Assembly: GCA_032718475.1 (NCBI GenBank)
Contig: JAUCBJ010007231.1
Location: forward strand, 1 to 64,000
Reading direction: 5' to 3'
From: Nemertoderma westbladi
Lineage: Eukaryota; Animalia; Xenacoelomorpha
Length of the DNA: 64,000 nucleotides
Part shown: positions 1-11,929 of the stretch, in pieces
How the letters are laid out: every line of letters begins with the position of its first letter
Position numbering within the stretch: the first letter of the stretch is position 1
Position numbers and translations under genes: made by a program
Notes under the pieces: model-generated
The model's input: the letters and a program-made list of their open reading frames with translations, nothing else
The model's database searches: none
What the model was told of the DNA's origin: nothing

Positions 1-122
1 CGGTACCGGTGATGACAGTTAGGCCTACTGACCTACAGAAGTACGGTACCGGTTCAGTTTTACCGGTCACTACGGTATTTTGCAACCTTATTGCTTACTG
101 CAATAAGATCGATAACTGTTAC

Positions 123-1424
123 TGTTCGTGCTTTTGTAGACCTTTAGCAGTTTAACCTGCCAAAATTTATATGTCTTTTAGTTAATTAACACACCTTTAG
201 CATACGACAATATTTTATGCTAATAAACAAAACATTAGCCGAAGCCAGCCCTTGCGCGATCATTCACCCGATGGATCTACACCCGGGAGGCTGAATTCGG
301 ATGCTTAGATTTTATTATTGCAGTGTAAGGTTGCAGTGTAAGCCTACTGTATTATTCGATTGATCGCTAATATGTAATTTCTGACAGATATTATTAACTT
401 TCGGGAAATATTAACAGTTCCTTTAGGACGTGGCGCTCTATCTATTTAAACAGAGCTAGGACTTATACTAAACGCAACGATAAGGCTTATGATTAAAGTA
501 TAAGTCGCATTCTTTAGGAAATGCTTTGTTACCAGTCACATCACACTCACAATCATGCACACTATTCTGCCGACCGTCAGTATATTTGATCACACATAAA
601 GAGAACAGCAATTGACTCAGGTAGTGTCTACTAAATAACATTAGATTCAATACACACCACATTGATATAAATCGCAATTGTTATATATAGCCTGTCTCTC
701 TAACCTGTAGTGTATCAAGAAATTGGGAAATTTGGGTGATTTATCAGTATTCTCCAAAGAGCAATATTTCCATCAACAAATAGATACAATTAATAACTGA
801 CGGTAAATAGCAGTACAAACAATATGATTAGTGCAGTTAAATTAAGTGAGGTAACACCGCCGGTAACAGTTATACTTTCTATAATCTAAGCAGTTTTACT
901 AGAGTTCTTAGAGCCGGTGTTTCTGGCTTAGACAGCAATAACAACAAAGTATCAAGTAAAAACAGTAAGACTGAACACTCTCCTTATAATCGGCTGAAAA
1001 GCTACACGTCGACAGGAAAAATCGCTCTGATTGGCTCAAGCCAAACAAAGAACTATGCGTCCAATGGCTGTTTCCATGTCAGCAACCAGCTGTTAGATGT
1101 CGTAATATGAATCATCACGGCTAAGCTGTGAAAGGTAGTTGGTGCATTACAGGTTTTTTGCCTTACCATGTCCGCCAAAACACGTATATAGCAGAATGAC
1201 TTTTATGTCCGTTAAAACACCTGTAACGGTACCTTGCGGGCGAGGGGAATATATATACAGTTAGAGAACCTTTTTAGAGTATTCCAGCGCCTGGGGGGAA
1301 ACTGGATTGCGAAGCAAAAGGGGCCAGTTATATCCCACAGAAGCTTTTACACCTATCCTTTTCAAATAAACGATATTCTAGAATTATTGCACTACAAATA
1401 ATAATACTAATAAATACAAATAAC
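123..1424. mobile_element. Unclassified ~1.3-kb non-coding interspersed repeat (solo-LTR-like); diverged relative at 20901-22170
   Basis: Both copies start TGTTCG(T/C)GCTTTT..AGACCTTTA and share collinear blocks (tttaacctgc..atttatatgtct, gtattattcgattgatc, aacagttcc..tttagg..gcgctcta, gtcgaca). The 3' end is approximate and no TSD was confirmed. Confidence 0.5.
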
Positions 1425-1617
1425 AGCTGATTACACTAAAAGATAAAACTGTGTGTTAAAAATACTTACATACAATTGTCAAAGATATAACAGAAGCAAA
1501 AATTATATAAATTCATTACTGCAAGATGAAAAACCGGAAATTTTGATCTTAGAAGAACACTGGTTAGGTCACAGGGAAAGAAGATTCCATTTTAACAAAT
1601 CCAACTTATTCTCAGGT

Positions 1618-2174
1618 TACTACTACTACTAGGTCGAGCGAACTCGGAAAGTGGAAATGAGATCCTTTCAGGCTTCCCGATTCTCCATAGTTGTCGCAAT
1701 TTCGTTTCTCCCAAGTTCAGTATCCCTTTCAAGTTGATCTATATATGTTATGGCTGGTCGTCCACGACTACGCTTTCCATAAGTTGGTTGCCAGAGAAGT
1801 AGATCTGGTATGACCTCGTCTTTACTTCGCCAGCAATGCCCACTGAATCTTAATCTGCGTTCACGGAGGGTGGTTGATATAGGTGGTATTGTACCATAAA
1901 GCTCGGCGTTTGTCATGTGTTGTCTCCAGCTGATGTTTAGGGCTGCCCTTAGTAGTCTTGTGTAGCAACCATCAATTCGTTGTTCAAGTGATTTAGTAAG
2001 TGTCCAGGTCTCACCCCCGTATAAAAATACACTTTTCACTGTGGCTTGAAAGAACTTAGTCTTCAGGTGCCTGGAGAAATCTGATTTCCAGATAGTATCC
2101 ATTTTTGATAGAGCTGCCCATGCCTTTGCTTTCCTAACTTCTATGTCCTTTTTGCTACTCTCTGCTCTATCCAT
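1618..2174 (-). mobile_element. RTE-like LINE family A, 3' fragment with (TAG)n tail
   Basis: ORF 1668-2174 carries RTE-type post-RT motifs (RKAKAWAAL, FLYGGETWTLT, RRLRFSGHCWR, RGRPAITY). The tactactac tail is at 1618-1630. The same 3' end occurs on + at about 54020-54313. Confidence 0.85.
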
Positions 2175-4719
2175 GATCCACGGTACTGGCAGTATCCGAG
2201 ACCTTAGGAAGTTTCCTAAGGTGATTCTGATTGTGTGCTATTCTCCATATAGTGTTGCCCCAGTAGAGGGGAGGAAAATTTCTACCACAATCTACAAGAA
2301 GCTACTAATAGAGTGGATCCGCATGTATTCTTAACATTCTTGGGAGACTTTAATGCAAATTTGCATCAATCACCTACATCGCCCTGGGTCTATAGTGATA
2401 ATGTAAACCAAATTCCGTCCATCTTCAGGATTTTATCTCTGGAAATGGATTGTTTTTGGCTGGAACCCAGTTCAAGAAGCAAACTGGAAAGCTATGGACT
2501 CATAGTGGACCCAGTGGTCACAAGATGAGTTAATCTGCATGCTAGCAGAACAACGAAATCTGTCTTGACGCGGCATGTCTGGTCCTCTCTGTTGCAACAG
2601 CCAAGTGTGAGATCCAGAGGCGGCAGATCACTGCGAAGGCTATACTGCCTTCACAGAAGCAGGTAAGTTAGCAGCTGCAGAAACAGTTCCTGTATACCCT
2701 CGAAACAGGAAAAGGGCCCCCTGGACTGACAAAATTCAGAAGCGCCGAAATGACCTGTACAAGGCGCAGAAAGAGTCCCGACTCAAACAAACTAAAGCGG
2801 ACAAGAATGCAGTTAAGGCTGCATTTAGTTCCCTGGGCAGGCAGTACTCTGTTAATCTACAGGAGCTAATAAACCAACAGGTTGATGCCATCAATGATGC
2901 TGACGACAGCAGGCAATCATCCCAGGCATGGAAATCGATCAACTTGCTTACTGGACGGAAAAGCCAACCTATCACCAAGGTTAAGGCTGAATCACCAGCC
3001 GATTGCCTCAATGGTTGGAAGGCCCACTTTGAAAAGCTCCTCAATAATGACAGGGTATTGCCTGATAACTTTTTAGAAGTAAAAGTGTCTGAGTCTGTAC
3101 TCCCAGATATTCCCATTGGCGATATCTCCTTTGCAGAAGTGAAGGCTGCTGCAAAGAGCATTAAGACCAATCGTGCCAGTGGAGTAGATGGTGTTCCCCC
3201 TGAGGTCTTTAAAATACCTGAGTGTTTAAAGCTCATCTATCCCATCATAGTAGACATGTACCGAACAACAAGAGTCCCACAAGAAATGAAAACAAATAAG
3301 TTGGTGCCAGTTCCCAAGAAGGGCAACCTAACACTCTATGGTTCTTTTCGGGGAATCTCATTGATCTCGATTGCTGCAAAGCTATACAATAGAATTCTAT
3401 TAAATCGCATTAGGGATCCCATTGAGAGACTGCTCCGTGGAAATCAGAATGGGTTCCGTAAAGGTCGAATGGGACCATGGTACCCATTTTGGCACTTAGA
3501 AGGATAATTGAAGAGTTATCAAAAAAGAAAGACAGGCATCTGGCTGTTATCTTTGTTGACTTCTTCAAGGCCTTTGATTCAGTCTCCCGCTCACGTATGT
3601 TCAGCATACTTTCATTATATGGGATTCCTGATGAAATTATTGCAGCAATCAGATCAGTATACGATGGTTCAACAACATTTGTGTCTACTGTTGATGGTGA
3701 CACAGAACCATTTGAAGTGTTATGGGGCGTCCTCCAGGGAGACACACTTGCACCATTCTTTTTCATAATTGTGGTTGACTATGTTCTATGCATGTCCTTA
3801 GATCATCATAATGATGATGGGGTGATGATAACTCCACCTACTGGCTCCAGAAGTCGAGGAAATCCTGCCAAATACCTAACTGATCTAGACTTTGCTGATG
3901 ACTTAGGAGTACTCTCAGAATCACTAGAGGGAGCCCAATGGCTCCTCAGCTCATTAGAACATGCTGCTTCTAGTGTTGGTCTTTTTATTAACTCCAGAAA
4001 GACCAAAATTTTGACAGTTAACTTTGAAAGTTGTCAGCAAGTCTCTGATCGGATGAGCATAAGCTCAAAGGATGGTATGCTTGAGCATGTGGACGACTTC
4101 TGTTACCTGGGATCATGGATCCGGAAGTCAGGTGAGGACCTTCGAATACGTAAGGGAAAGGCATGGGCAGCCTTGAATAGGCTTTCCGGGATTTGGAAGT
4201 CACCAAAAAGTAATCGGAAACTTAAGGTCCGATTATTTAGAGCATCAGTAGTTCCAGTACTCCTCTATGGGAGTCCATGCTGGGCTCTAACTGCTGAGGA
4301 CACCAAATCTCGGGATGGCACATTCACAAGAATGCTACGCTGGGTTCATTGTGTCAAGTACAATGCACACATCTCCAACCAGACACTATATAACATTGGA
4401 GGTGTCTCATTAGTTCCCCCTAGCTTGACACTAGAACAAGATTGCCTCCGCTTTGCAGGACATTTCTTTCGCCGTGAGGACCAGCCAGTGCATAATCTTG
4501 TACTTTGGCAGCCTCATGGAGTGAATAAGCATGGTGGACAGCCCATGACTTTCTTGAGACGCATCTTAAAGGACACTGGCCTTGAAGATGTGGATGATCT
4601 AGCAAATGTCATGGGTGATAGGGAGTTGTGGTGGCGCAATTTTGTCGACAAGCCGGCATAGCATTCTTAAAAATGCAGCTGCAATGCAGCATGCCAATAC
4701 TAGTAGTAGTAGTAGTAGT
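2175..4719 (+). mobile_element. RTE-like LINE family B (deleted APE remnant plus frameshifted RT), lying antisense within family A
   Basis: APE remnants (CYSP, LGDFNA). RT is split over ORFs 2944-3507 and 3477-4661 (QNGFRKGR, FVDFFKAFDSV, GVLQGDTLAP, DFADD, YLG). A 2-bp insertion near 3468 relative to the copy at 48750 explains the frameshift. (TAG)n tail at 4701-4719. Confidence 0.9.
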
Positions 4720-4724
4720 GAGCA

Positions 4725-5735
4725 GTTGTAATTGCTTAAATGTTATCCTGTATGTACTTTTCCTGGCTGATGTTGTAGGCCAATGTAAGATCGTCCTTAG
4801 CCTTCTCAACCTTGTTAATGTTTTCGTCACTATTATGTGGTCCGAATCAATTAGGTTGAACGAGCTGTATGTCTCACAGTTAATCATGCTGTTTCGTCAC
4901 TTTTTGTTTATAAGGATGTAATCCAGTTGTGCTTTGGTTCCATTAGGGTATGGAAAGGCCCATAGCTTCCCTTTACTCTTTTCGAATGTGTTGTTTGTTG
5001 GTATCAATTTACATTCTTCCATTAGGTCTAAAAGTAAGTACCCATTTCTGTTAGAACTGGTGTTATAGGTGTAACCTGTGATGTCTTCTTGGCCAATTTG
5101 CGCATTCAGGTCACCAGCAATGACTTTAACATTGTGTTTTGGAATGTCCTTTATAAGTCCAGTCAGATCTTCATAAAACTTGACTTCTTGTTCTGGCTCT
5201 CTGAGGCATTGGTTGGACTATAGCAACATATTACTGTTGTCTTGGGATCAAATGTTGCGATCATAAATTAATAATCCTGGAATTTATAGATTCAAGTGGG
5301 GTTGCACCCATTTGGGTGCAAATGGGCTTAGCAGAATTCCTACTCCACCAATTGATGCATTGGTCGTGTTTCGCATGATGTCGATGTTATATTCCATTGC
5401 CAGAGCGACCATGTCACCCTGTTTGGTATGTGCTTTCAGCGTGGTGCGTTCATTGTAGCTATCTTTAGTGTCTTTTTACATTTCAACAAGTTGGTTCTTC
5501 TTTCTTCTCTGTCTTCTGTTCCAGTAGCCGATTTATCGACCCCAGTCTGGTGTACCACTGAGGGACACGTCCTTGTTGACCCGGGCAACGACAGAGCCGG
5601 TATTTCTCCTGGAGGGTTCTCATACTCATATTTTTCAGTTGCGAGAGTAAACCGCTTGTGGTCGCAACTCCTACAAGCGTCTTCGCAGTAGGTCGCCATT
5701 AGTTGATTACCTCCTGCCTATCCATGGCCATGGCC
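4725..5735 (-). mobile_element. RTE-like LINE family A, 5' part (APE endonuclease, decayed)
   Basis: LKIATMNA.R, GDLNA and SDH APE motifs; nearly collinear with 48835-50030. Confidence 0.85.
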
Positions 5736-6072
5736 ATCGAATTGAATGCAAATAACTCCAATATATCAAATAACCATTGCAAAGTTGGAATATAAAAACT
5801 TATTGCACTCAAAGTAACAAGTTATCACTATAATAAAACATTACAAATATTCATCGAACATTCCACATGTGAACCAAATTTGGTTAGATTTAATTGAGTT
5901 ATTAAGGTTAAAATATCGCATCTATAGACATGCAGTTTAAGAACATAAATAAGGGCCCAGTAAAGGTTTTAAAATATTACAATTAATTAATTATATAATG
6001 AAATAGAACAATATGATAATTAGTTAATTAATTAGCTATTTAGTTAATTGAATCTTTATTTATTTTGTTCAG

Positions 6073-6208
6073 ATGTGTGTAAAGTATTTGGTAGTATTTG
6101 CGCCATCGCTTGTTGGGCAAGTATGTGGAATATAGCAACAGTGGCTGTGAACCGTTACGTTTGCATCTGCCACAACCATATATACCAAAAGATATTCACC
6201 ATAAAAAA
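6073..6208 (+). CDS. Melatonin-receptor-like class A GPCR, exon encoding TM3-ICL2
   Basis: tttgttcAG acceptor and GTAAGT donor. Translates VCKVFGSICAIACWASMWNIATVAVNRYVCICHNHIYQKIFTIK. NRY plus CICH is the melatonin-receptor-type signature. Confidence 0.9.
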
Positions 6209-6299
6209 GTAAGTTAATGGGAAAATCTGGTTCTGGGTCTTTTTCCCAAGTGATATGTAATTTTATTCTTAAATTTGTACTTTTTTGTTGCTTATAGAT

Positions 6300-8030
6300 A
6301 GGATAGATTCATTTATACATTATGTAAAAACAATAACAAATACACCAAACTATGTACCGGTATAAAGGTATTGTCCAACATAACATATAGGATTACCCGT
6401 AAAGCTTTGCAGCTTATTTCCAAGGGGGTCCTTTATGTTACTTGGTTACAAATACAATATTACACTACGCTAACCTAAAACCAATTTAAAACGTAATTAC
6501 ACTATGTACATGTACAACTTTACCGAGAGCTTAACAATGCCCGACTCAACGATAAAGATGTAATGTACAGAACACGTTTAAAATTATAAAACGTATTTAC
6601 AGTATAAATAGTAAATAATTAATAAACTAATAACTTACTGTAGGACTATTGTACCTATTTTACATTGCACACGGAAATGAAATTTAACTGCAGATTTAAA
6701 AGAATGTTGATTATTTAGGTTTTTAATTTCATTACGCAGAGCGTTCCAATTTTTAATACGGTTAAAAAAGAAAGTATCAGATTCAAAGGATTTACAATTC
6801 GGGAGGTAAAAGTTTGAAGCACTTGCTCTGGTCCTATAAGAGTGTGTATCGCGTACTCTTTTGAATTTTTGTTTTAGGTAATTGGGACATTTACCATTAT
6901 ACATTTTATGCACGTGGTTAAGGCGTAGCTGCTTAACTCTACTATCTAAGTAAAGTAGTCCAGATTCAGAAAAGTCATCTGGAGTTAGGTGGTGCCTAGG
7001 TCTGTAGTCTTTAATAAATCGTACTACTTTATTCTGAGCTACTTGTGTAATTGGGACATTTACCATTATACACTTTATGCACGTGGTTAAGGCGTAGCTG
7101 CTTAACTCTACTATCTAAGTAAAGTAGTCCAGATTCAGGAAAGTCATCTGGAGTTAGGTGGTGCCTAGGTCTGTAGTCTTTAATAAATCGTACTACTTTA
7201 TTCTGAGCTACTTGTGTAATTGGGACATTTACCATTATACACTTTATGCACATGGTTAAGGCGTAGCTGCTTAACTCTACTATCTAAGTAAAGTAGTCCA
7301 GATTCAGGAAAGTCATCTGGAGTTAGGTGGTGCCTAGGTCTGTAGTCTTTAATAAATCGTACTACTTTATTCTGAGCTACTTGTAATTTACATTTAAGCT
7401 GTTTGGTTAAGCCTTCATACCAAGAAGAGCATGCATAGTCCATGTGACACTGTATTAAAGAAAAGCAAAGTAACTTGCGGGAGTCGGTGTTTAAACTATT
7501 TTTATTTCTGTATAAAAACCTAAGCTGTTAACTTTCGAGAAAATATTTTTCACTGTACTTTCTCCAGATAAGCAGTTATGGCGTCTAAATATTTAACTTC
7601 CTTTTTATTTTCAATCTTATGTCCATTACTAGTGACTTCAAACTTAGTTACCTTCTTTAACTTTCTTTTGGAACCAAACAAAATACTTTCAGTCTTACCG
7701 TAGTGAATGGATAGCTTATTATCAACCAACCACTCATTACAGGATTCTAGAACTGCACTTAACTTTAGGGAAATATGGATAGTATCTTTATGAGAGAAAA
7801 TAAGAGCACTGTCGTCGGCATATAAAATGAGTTTAAAATCGGGATCTATACTACTTATCATATCATTTACATAACATACAAAAAGCAGAGGACCTAATAT
7901 ACTACCTTGCGGTACACCACAGGTAATCTCTTGTACAGTAGACTCCGATTTGCTAATGACTACAGTTTTTGTGGCTGAAAGGCTAAGTAGATTTTTAAAA
8001 ACGAAATCCTCAGAAACGGGTATTAAAAAT
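6300..8030 (-). mobile_element. L2/CR1-type LINE family C, internally deleted 3' part with 3'UTR
   Basis: ORFs carry [23 protein letters not shown] and the C-terminal RASASNFYLP..FFFNRIKNWNAL. Near-identical to 47175-48120. Confidence 0.85.
6880..7390. repeat. Tandem triplication of a 169-bp segment inside LINE C
   Basis: aattgggacatttaccattatac recurs at about 6880, 7049 and 7218. Confidence 0.9.
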
Positions 8031-8336
8031 AAGGACGGGGTTGAAGAAACAGCTGAACAGACAATGTGGATGACGTCATACATGAAAAATGACATCGGAA
8101 ATCAAATCATCAACCATGAAAACCCCATAACAAAATTTTAACTAGTTGGTATGGTTTGAAGTTTTGTAATCCTCTTATAAATCTGCAAAATCCCCCCCCC
8201 CCCCACCCCCCTTAAGACCTTAAATACATCGAGCGATATGAGTCATTTGTGGCTACAGAAGGCTGCTGTATAATGGTAGGTCAGGCGCACATGTACCGGG
8301 GGGGGGGGGGTCCATTAGTGGTTACAGGAGGCTACT

Positions 8337-8521
8337 GTAATTACTGTTTTATACTTGTTTTAGGTTAGCGTAGTGTAATATTGTATTTGTAACCAAGTAA
8401 CATAAAGGACCCCCTTGGAAATAAGCTGCAAAGCTTTAGGGGTAATCCTATATATTATGTTGGACACTACCTATTATACATTGTTTGGTGTATTTCTTAT
8501 TGTTTTTACATAATGTATAAA
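8337..8521 (+). mobile_element. LINE C 3'UTR fragment, inverted relative to 6312-6500
   Basis: Reverse complement of 6312-6500 with few mismatches. Confidence 0.9.
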
Positions 8522-8691
8522 AAAATATATTATTATATTCTATTAATATTGAACATTGATTGGTCTTTATAATTCATATTTTTGGCATTATTCTAACCCC
8601 TCAGCCACAATGCGTGATAAGCGTGCTCCGGACGTCTTTCTTTTATGAGAATCTCATTTTCTTATTTTAGGTATTTGATTATTTCTTTTAG

Positions 8692-8875
8692 GTCGCTCCT
8701 GATTGCAATTAGCATATGGGTAGCTAACATCCTTATTGATCTGCCTGCTCATATAGGCTGGGGTAACCATACCTACGATTCACGCATGTTGTTTTGCATT
8801 TCCGATTTTGAAGATCCACAACATTACCATTTTCAGATATATACAGTAATAACGGCTGCTGTTTTACCAATTATG
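8692..8875 (+). CDS. Melatonin-receptor-like GPCR, exon encoding TM4-ECL2-start of TM5
   Basis: tttcttttAG acceptor; phase matches the previous exon (AA+G = Lys). Translates SLLIAISIWVANILIDLPAHIGWGNHTYDSRMLFCISDFEDPQHYHFQIYTVITAAVLPIM. GTAAGT donor at 8876. Confidence 0.9.
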
Positions 8876-10092
8876 GTAAGTGTTTGTTAATTATATTATA
8901 CAGTAATAACGGCTGCTGTTTTACCAATTTTGGTAATTGTTTGGTACTTATATTATACAGTAATAACGGCTGCTGTTTTACCAATTATGGTAAGTGTTTG
9001 TTACTTATATTATACAGTAATAACGGCTGCTGTTTTACCAATTATGGTAAGTGTTTATTACTTATATTATACAGTAATAACGGCTGCTGTTTTACCAATT
9101 ATGGTAAGTGTTTATTACTTATATTATACAGTAATAAGGCTGCTGTTTTACCAATTATGGTAAGTGTTTGTTACTTATATTATACAGTAATAACGGCTGC
9201 TGTTTTACCAATTATGGTAAGTGTTTGTTACTTATATTATACAGTAATAACGGCTGCTGTTTTACCAATTATGGTAAGTGTTTGTTACTTATATTATACA
9301 GTAATAATGGCTGCTGTTTTACCAATTATGGTAAGTGTTTGTTACTTATATTATACAGTAATAACGGCTGCTGTTTTACCAATTATGGTAAGTGTTTGTT
9401 ACTTATATTATACAGTAATAACGGCTGCTGTTTTACCAATTATGGTAAGTGTTTGTTACTTATATTATACAGTAATAACGGCTGCTGTTTTACCAATTAT
9501 GGTAAGTGTTTGTTACTTATATTATACAGTAATAACGGCTGCTGTTTTACCAATTATGGTAAGTGTTTGTTACTTATATTATACAGTAATAACGGCTGCT
9601 GTTTTACCAATTATGGTAAGTGTTTGTTACTTATATTATACAGTAATAACGGCTGCTGTTTTACCAATTATGGTAAGTGTTTGTTACTTATATTATACAG
9701 TAATAACGGCTGCTGTTTTACCAATTATGGTAAGTGTTTGTTACTTATATTATACAGTAATAACGGCTGCTGTTTTACCAATTATGGTAAGTGTTTGTTA
9801 CTTATATTATACAGTAATAACGGCTGCTGTTTTACCAATTATGGTAAGTGTTTGTTACTTATATTATACAGTAATAACGGCTGCTGTTTTACCAATTATG
9901 GTAAGTGTTTGTTACTTATATTATACAGTAATAACGGCTGCTGTTTTACCAATTATGGTAAGTGTTTGTTACTTATATTATACAGTAATAACGGCTGCTG
10001 TTTTACCAATTATGGTAAGTGTTTGTTACTTATATTATACAGTAATAACGGCTGCTGTTTTACCAATTATGGTAAGTGTTTGTTAATTATAT
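8839..10092 (+). repeat. 57-bp tandem array (22 copies) built from the GPCR exon 3' end, splice donor and intron start
   Basis: Unit is gtaagtgtttgttacttatattatacagtaataacggctgctgttttaccaattatg. Donor GT occurs at 8876, 8933, 8990, 9047, 9104, 9160 (after one 56-bp unit), then every 57 bp to 10072. Confidence 0.97.
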
Positions 10093-10277
10093 TTTGAAAG
10101 CCGCAGTAGCATTTCATTTTTCCACTTTCATCCAAATCTTTTTCAATTTTTTTCCCTTCCTTCTCTTTTTCCTTTCTTCTCTTTTTCTTCTTATCTTTTT
10201 CCATACTTCCTCACCTCTCCCCCTTTCTCTCCTTTAAGTCATTTTTTTTCATTTGCTTTCTTCATTGCGTATGAGCA

Positions 10278-10526
10278 ACCTTGCTCATGCTCAGTTGGTT
10301 GAGCGCCTCGCAGGCCACCCATTGGTTGTAGGTTCGTGCCCCGCCAGGGCCCCCTCGCCTTTCATCAAATGGGGACAATAAAAGGACTCATTTAACTTCT
10401 GGGAGCAAGACTTTGGATAGCTTTGGTAGCGCCCTGTGCCCACCCCCTACCTTCGGATAGCAGCTATCGAAAAGGGAGCCTTCGGGTCGCCTCCAGCTTC
10501 AGCCGACTGTTTGCTTGCTTTGCTTT
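10278..10526 (+). mobile_element. tRNA-derived SINE, family 1
   Basis: A-box-like tgctcagttgg and B-box-like ggttcgtgcc, central gcctttcatc block, 3' gctatcgaaaagggagccttcgggtcgc segment and (TTGC)n tail. Confidence 0.7.
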
Positions 10527-10674
10527 CATTATGTTCTGGTATGTTAAATTGATTCCATTCACTTTTGCGATGTTTGAATTGTTGTGGGGTGGGGTGGACC
10601 CTTGTCAAAAGGCGGTCAGAACGGCATCCAAAAGGTATGTCCGATTTACTGATTGTATTATTATATTATTTTAG

Positions 10675-10797
10675 GTTATTGTGTACTGCTATGTGATGAT
10701 CTATGCATTCGTCAGAATGAGCAAACGAAGAGTTTTAGCGAATACCAACTCAACTGCTATGACTGAAAAGGAAAAGAAACTATTCAGAACTCTATCA
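10675..10797 (+). CDS. Melatonin-receptor-like GPCR, exon encoding end of TM5-ICL3
   Basis: attattttAG acceptor, 123 bp, phase 0/0. Translates VIVYCYVMIYAFVRMSKRRVLANTNSTAMTEKEKKLFRTLS. GTTAGT donor. Confidence 0.9.
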
Positions 10798-10982
10798 GTT
10801 AGTAAATACCAATGAAATAAGTTGCATTGTTGACAATATGCATCTTAATAATACTTATTGGCATTTTGGCCAACTATAGGCTTAAATTTATCCTATATTA
10901 TCCAAGCAGCACCTTGGATCAGTAGTGCCAACCAGGAGGCCCCGGTTCGATGAGGCAACACTGTTTAGACACCATTTTTTGT

Positions 10983-11075
10983 AAATACTGCAGCCTAGCC
11001 CAATCTAAATACTAAAGCCTAGACCAATCCTAAATACTACAGCCTAGCCCAATCCTAAATACCACAGCCTAGCTC
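10983..11075. repeat. Short ~25-bp tandem repeat (aaatactacagcctagcccaatcct), ~4 copies
   Basis: Seen by direct inspection. Confidence 0.75.
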
Positions 11076-11327
11076 CCTCCCTCCTTAGCTACTCTCCAAG
11101 GGAAAATCGACATGGGTCGACCTGTATTCTGTGTTCAGCATTACATATTGATAAACTAATTAAATTTCCTGGTTAATTGCAATATTTTTAATAGGATTTT
11201 GTTGAATTATATATTATTGTAGTAATTTTTATATTAATTTGGGTAACATTCAATGCAGTTCCTACTTTATTTAGGCTTAGTCAAATTATTATCTGATGAT
11301 ACAAACATGAATTAATTATTTTAAAAT

Positions 11328-11664
11328 GGTATTATTAAAGTCTTTCACCACGACGGCCACACAGGCAAATGCCGAGGTTTGGGGGCGGCAGTCTCCAACA
11401 AAATAAGCGGGGGATTGGGCGCGGCAGCCACAAATAAAGAGAAAAACAAACATAATTTAAAGACTATAAAAATGTTTCTTTATAATTTTGAAAAAACTTG
11501 ACTAGATACAAGTTGTCTGGATACAACTTTTCCTTTTGTTTATTGCTTTAATGCCAGATTAATTTTAACACTTTAACTGGGGGGAAGTGTCCTACTTGGG
11601 CGGGGGGGGGGGGGCGAAGTGTCCGGCGGGGGAACTGTCCGGGGGGGAAGTGTCCTAGATACCA
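11328..11664. mobile_element. Possible MITE with G-rich ggggaagtgtcc subterminal repeats
   Basis: Four gg(g/c)gaa(g/c)tgtcc motifs end in tagatacc; short ggtat/atacc ends. Boundaries are uncertain. Confidence 0.35.
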
Positions 11665-11929
11665 TTCATAATCCTATATTGGCAATTGGGCCATTTCCTG
11701 TAATATTGGTCAATTGGTACAATGCGGTATTTAGATAGGGACTCACCCCTACACTTCTGATGATGGAGCTCTGTTTCCCTGGGTATCCTTTATTTTTATT
11801 AAATTTACTATGTAGACTTACCCCTTTTGGTGGACAAAAAAGTCCTGTATTTTCTAATAAATAGGATAATTTATTCGTGCAGTTATTAAAGTGTATTAAA
11901 TTAAATTAATTTGTTTATATCGGTGCTCG

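Noticed and set aside
8884-10097. 400-aa and 309-aa repetitive ORFs as real proteins
   Set aside because: They arise because the 57-bp unit is a multiple of 3 and stop-free in two frames. They lie in an intron, and the exon frame stops at 8888-8890.
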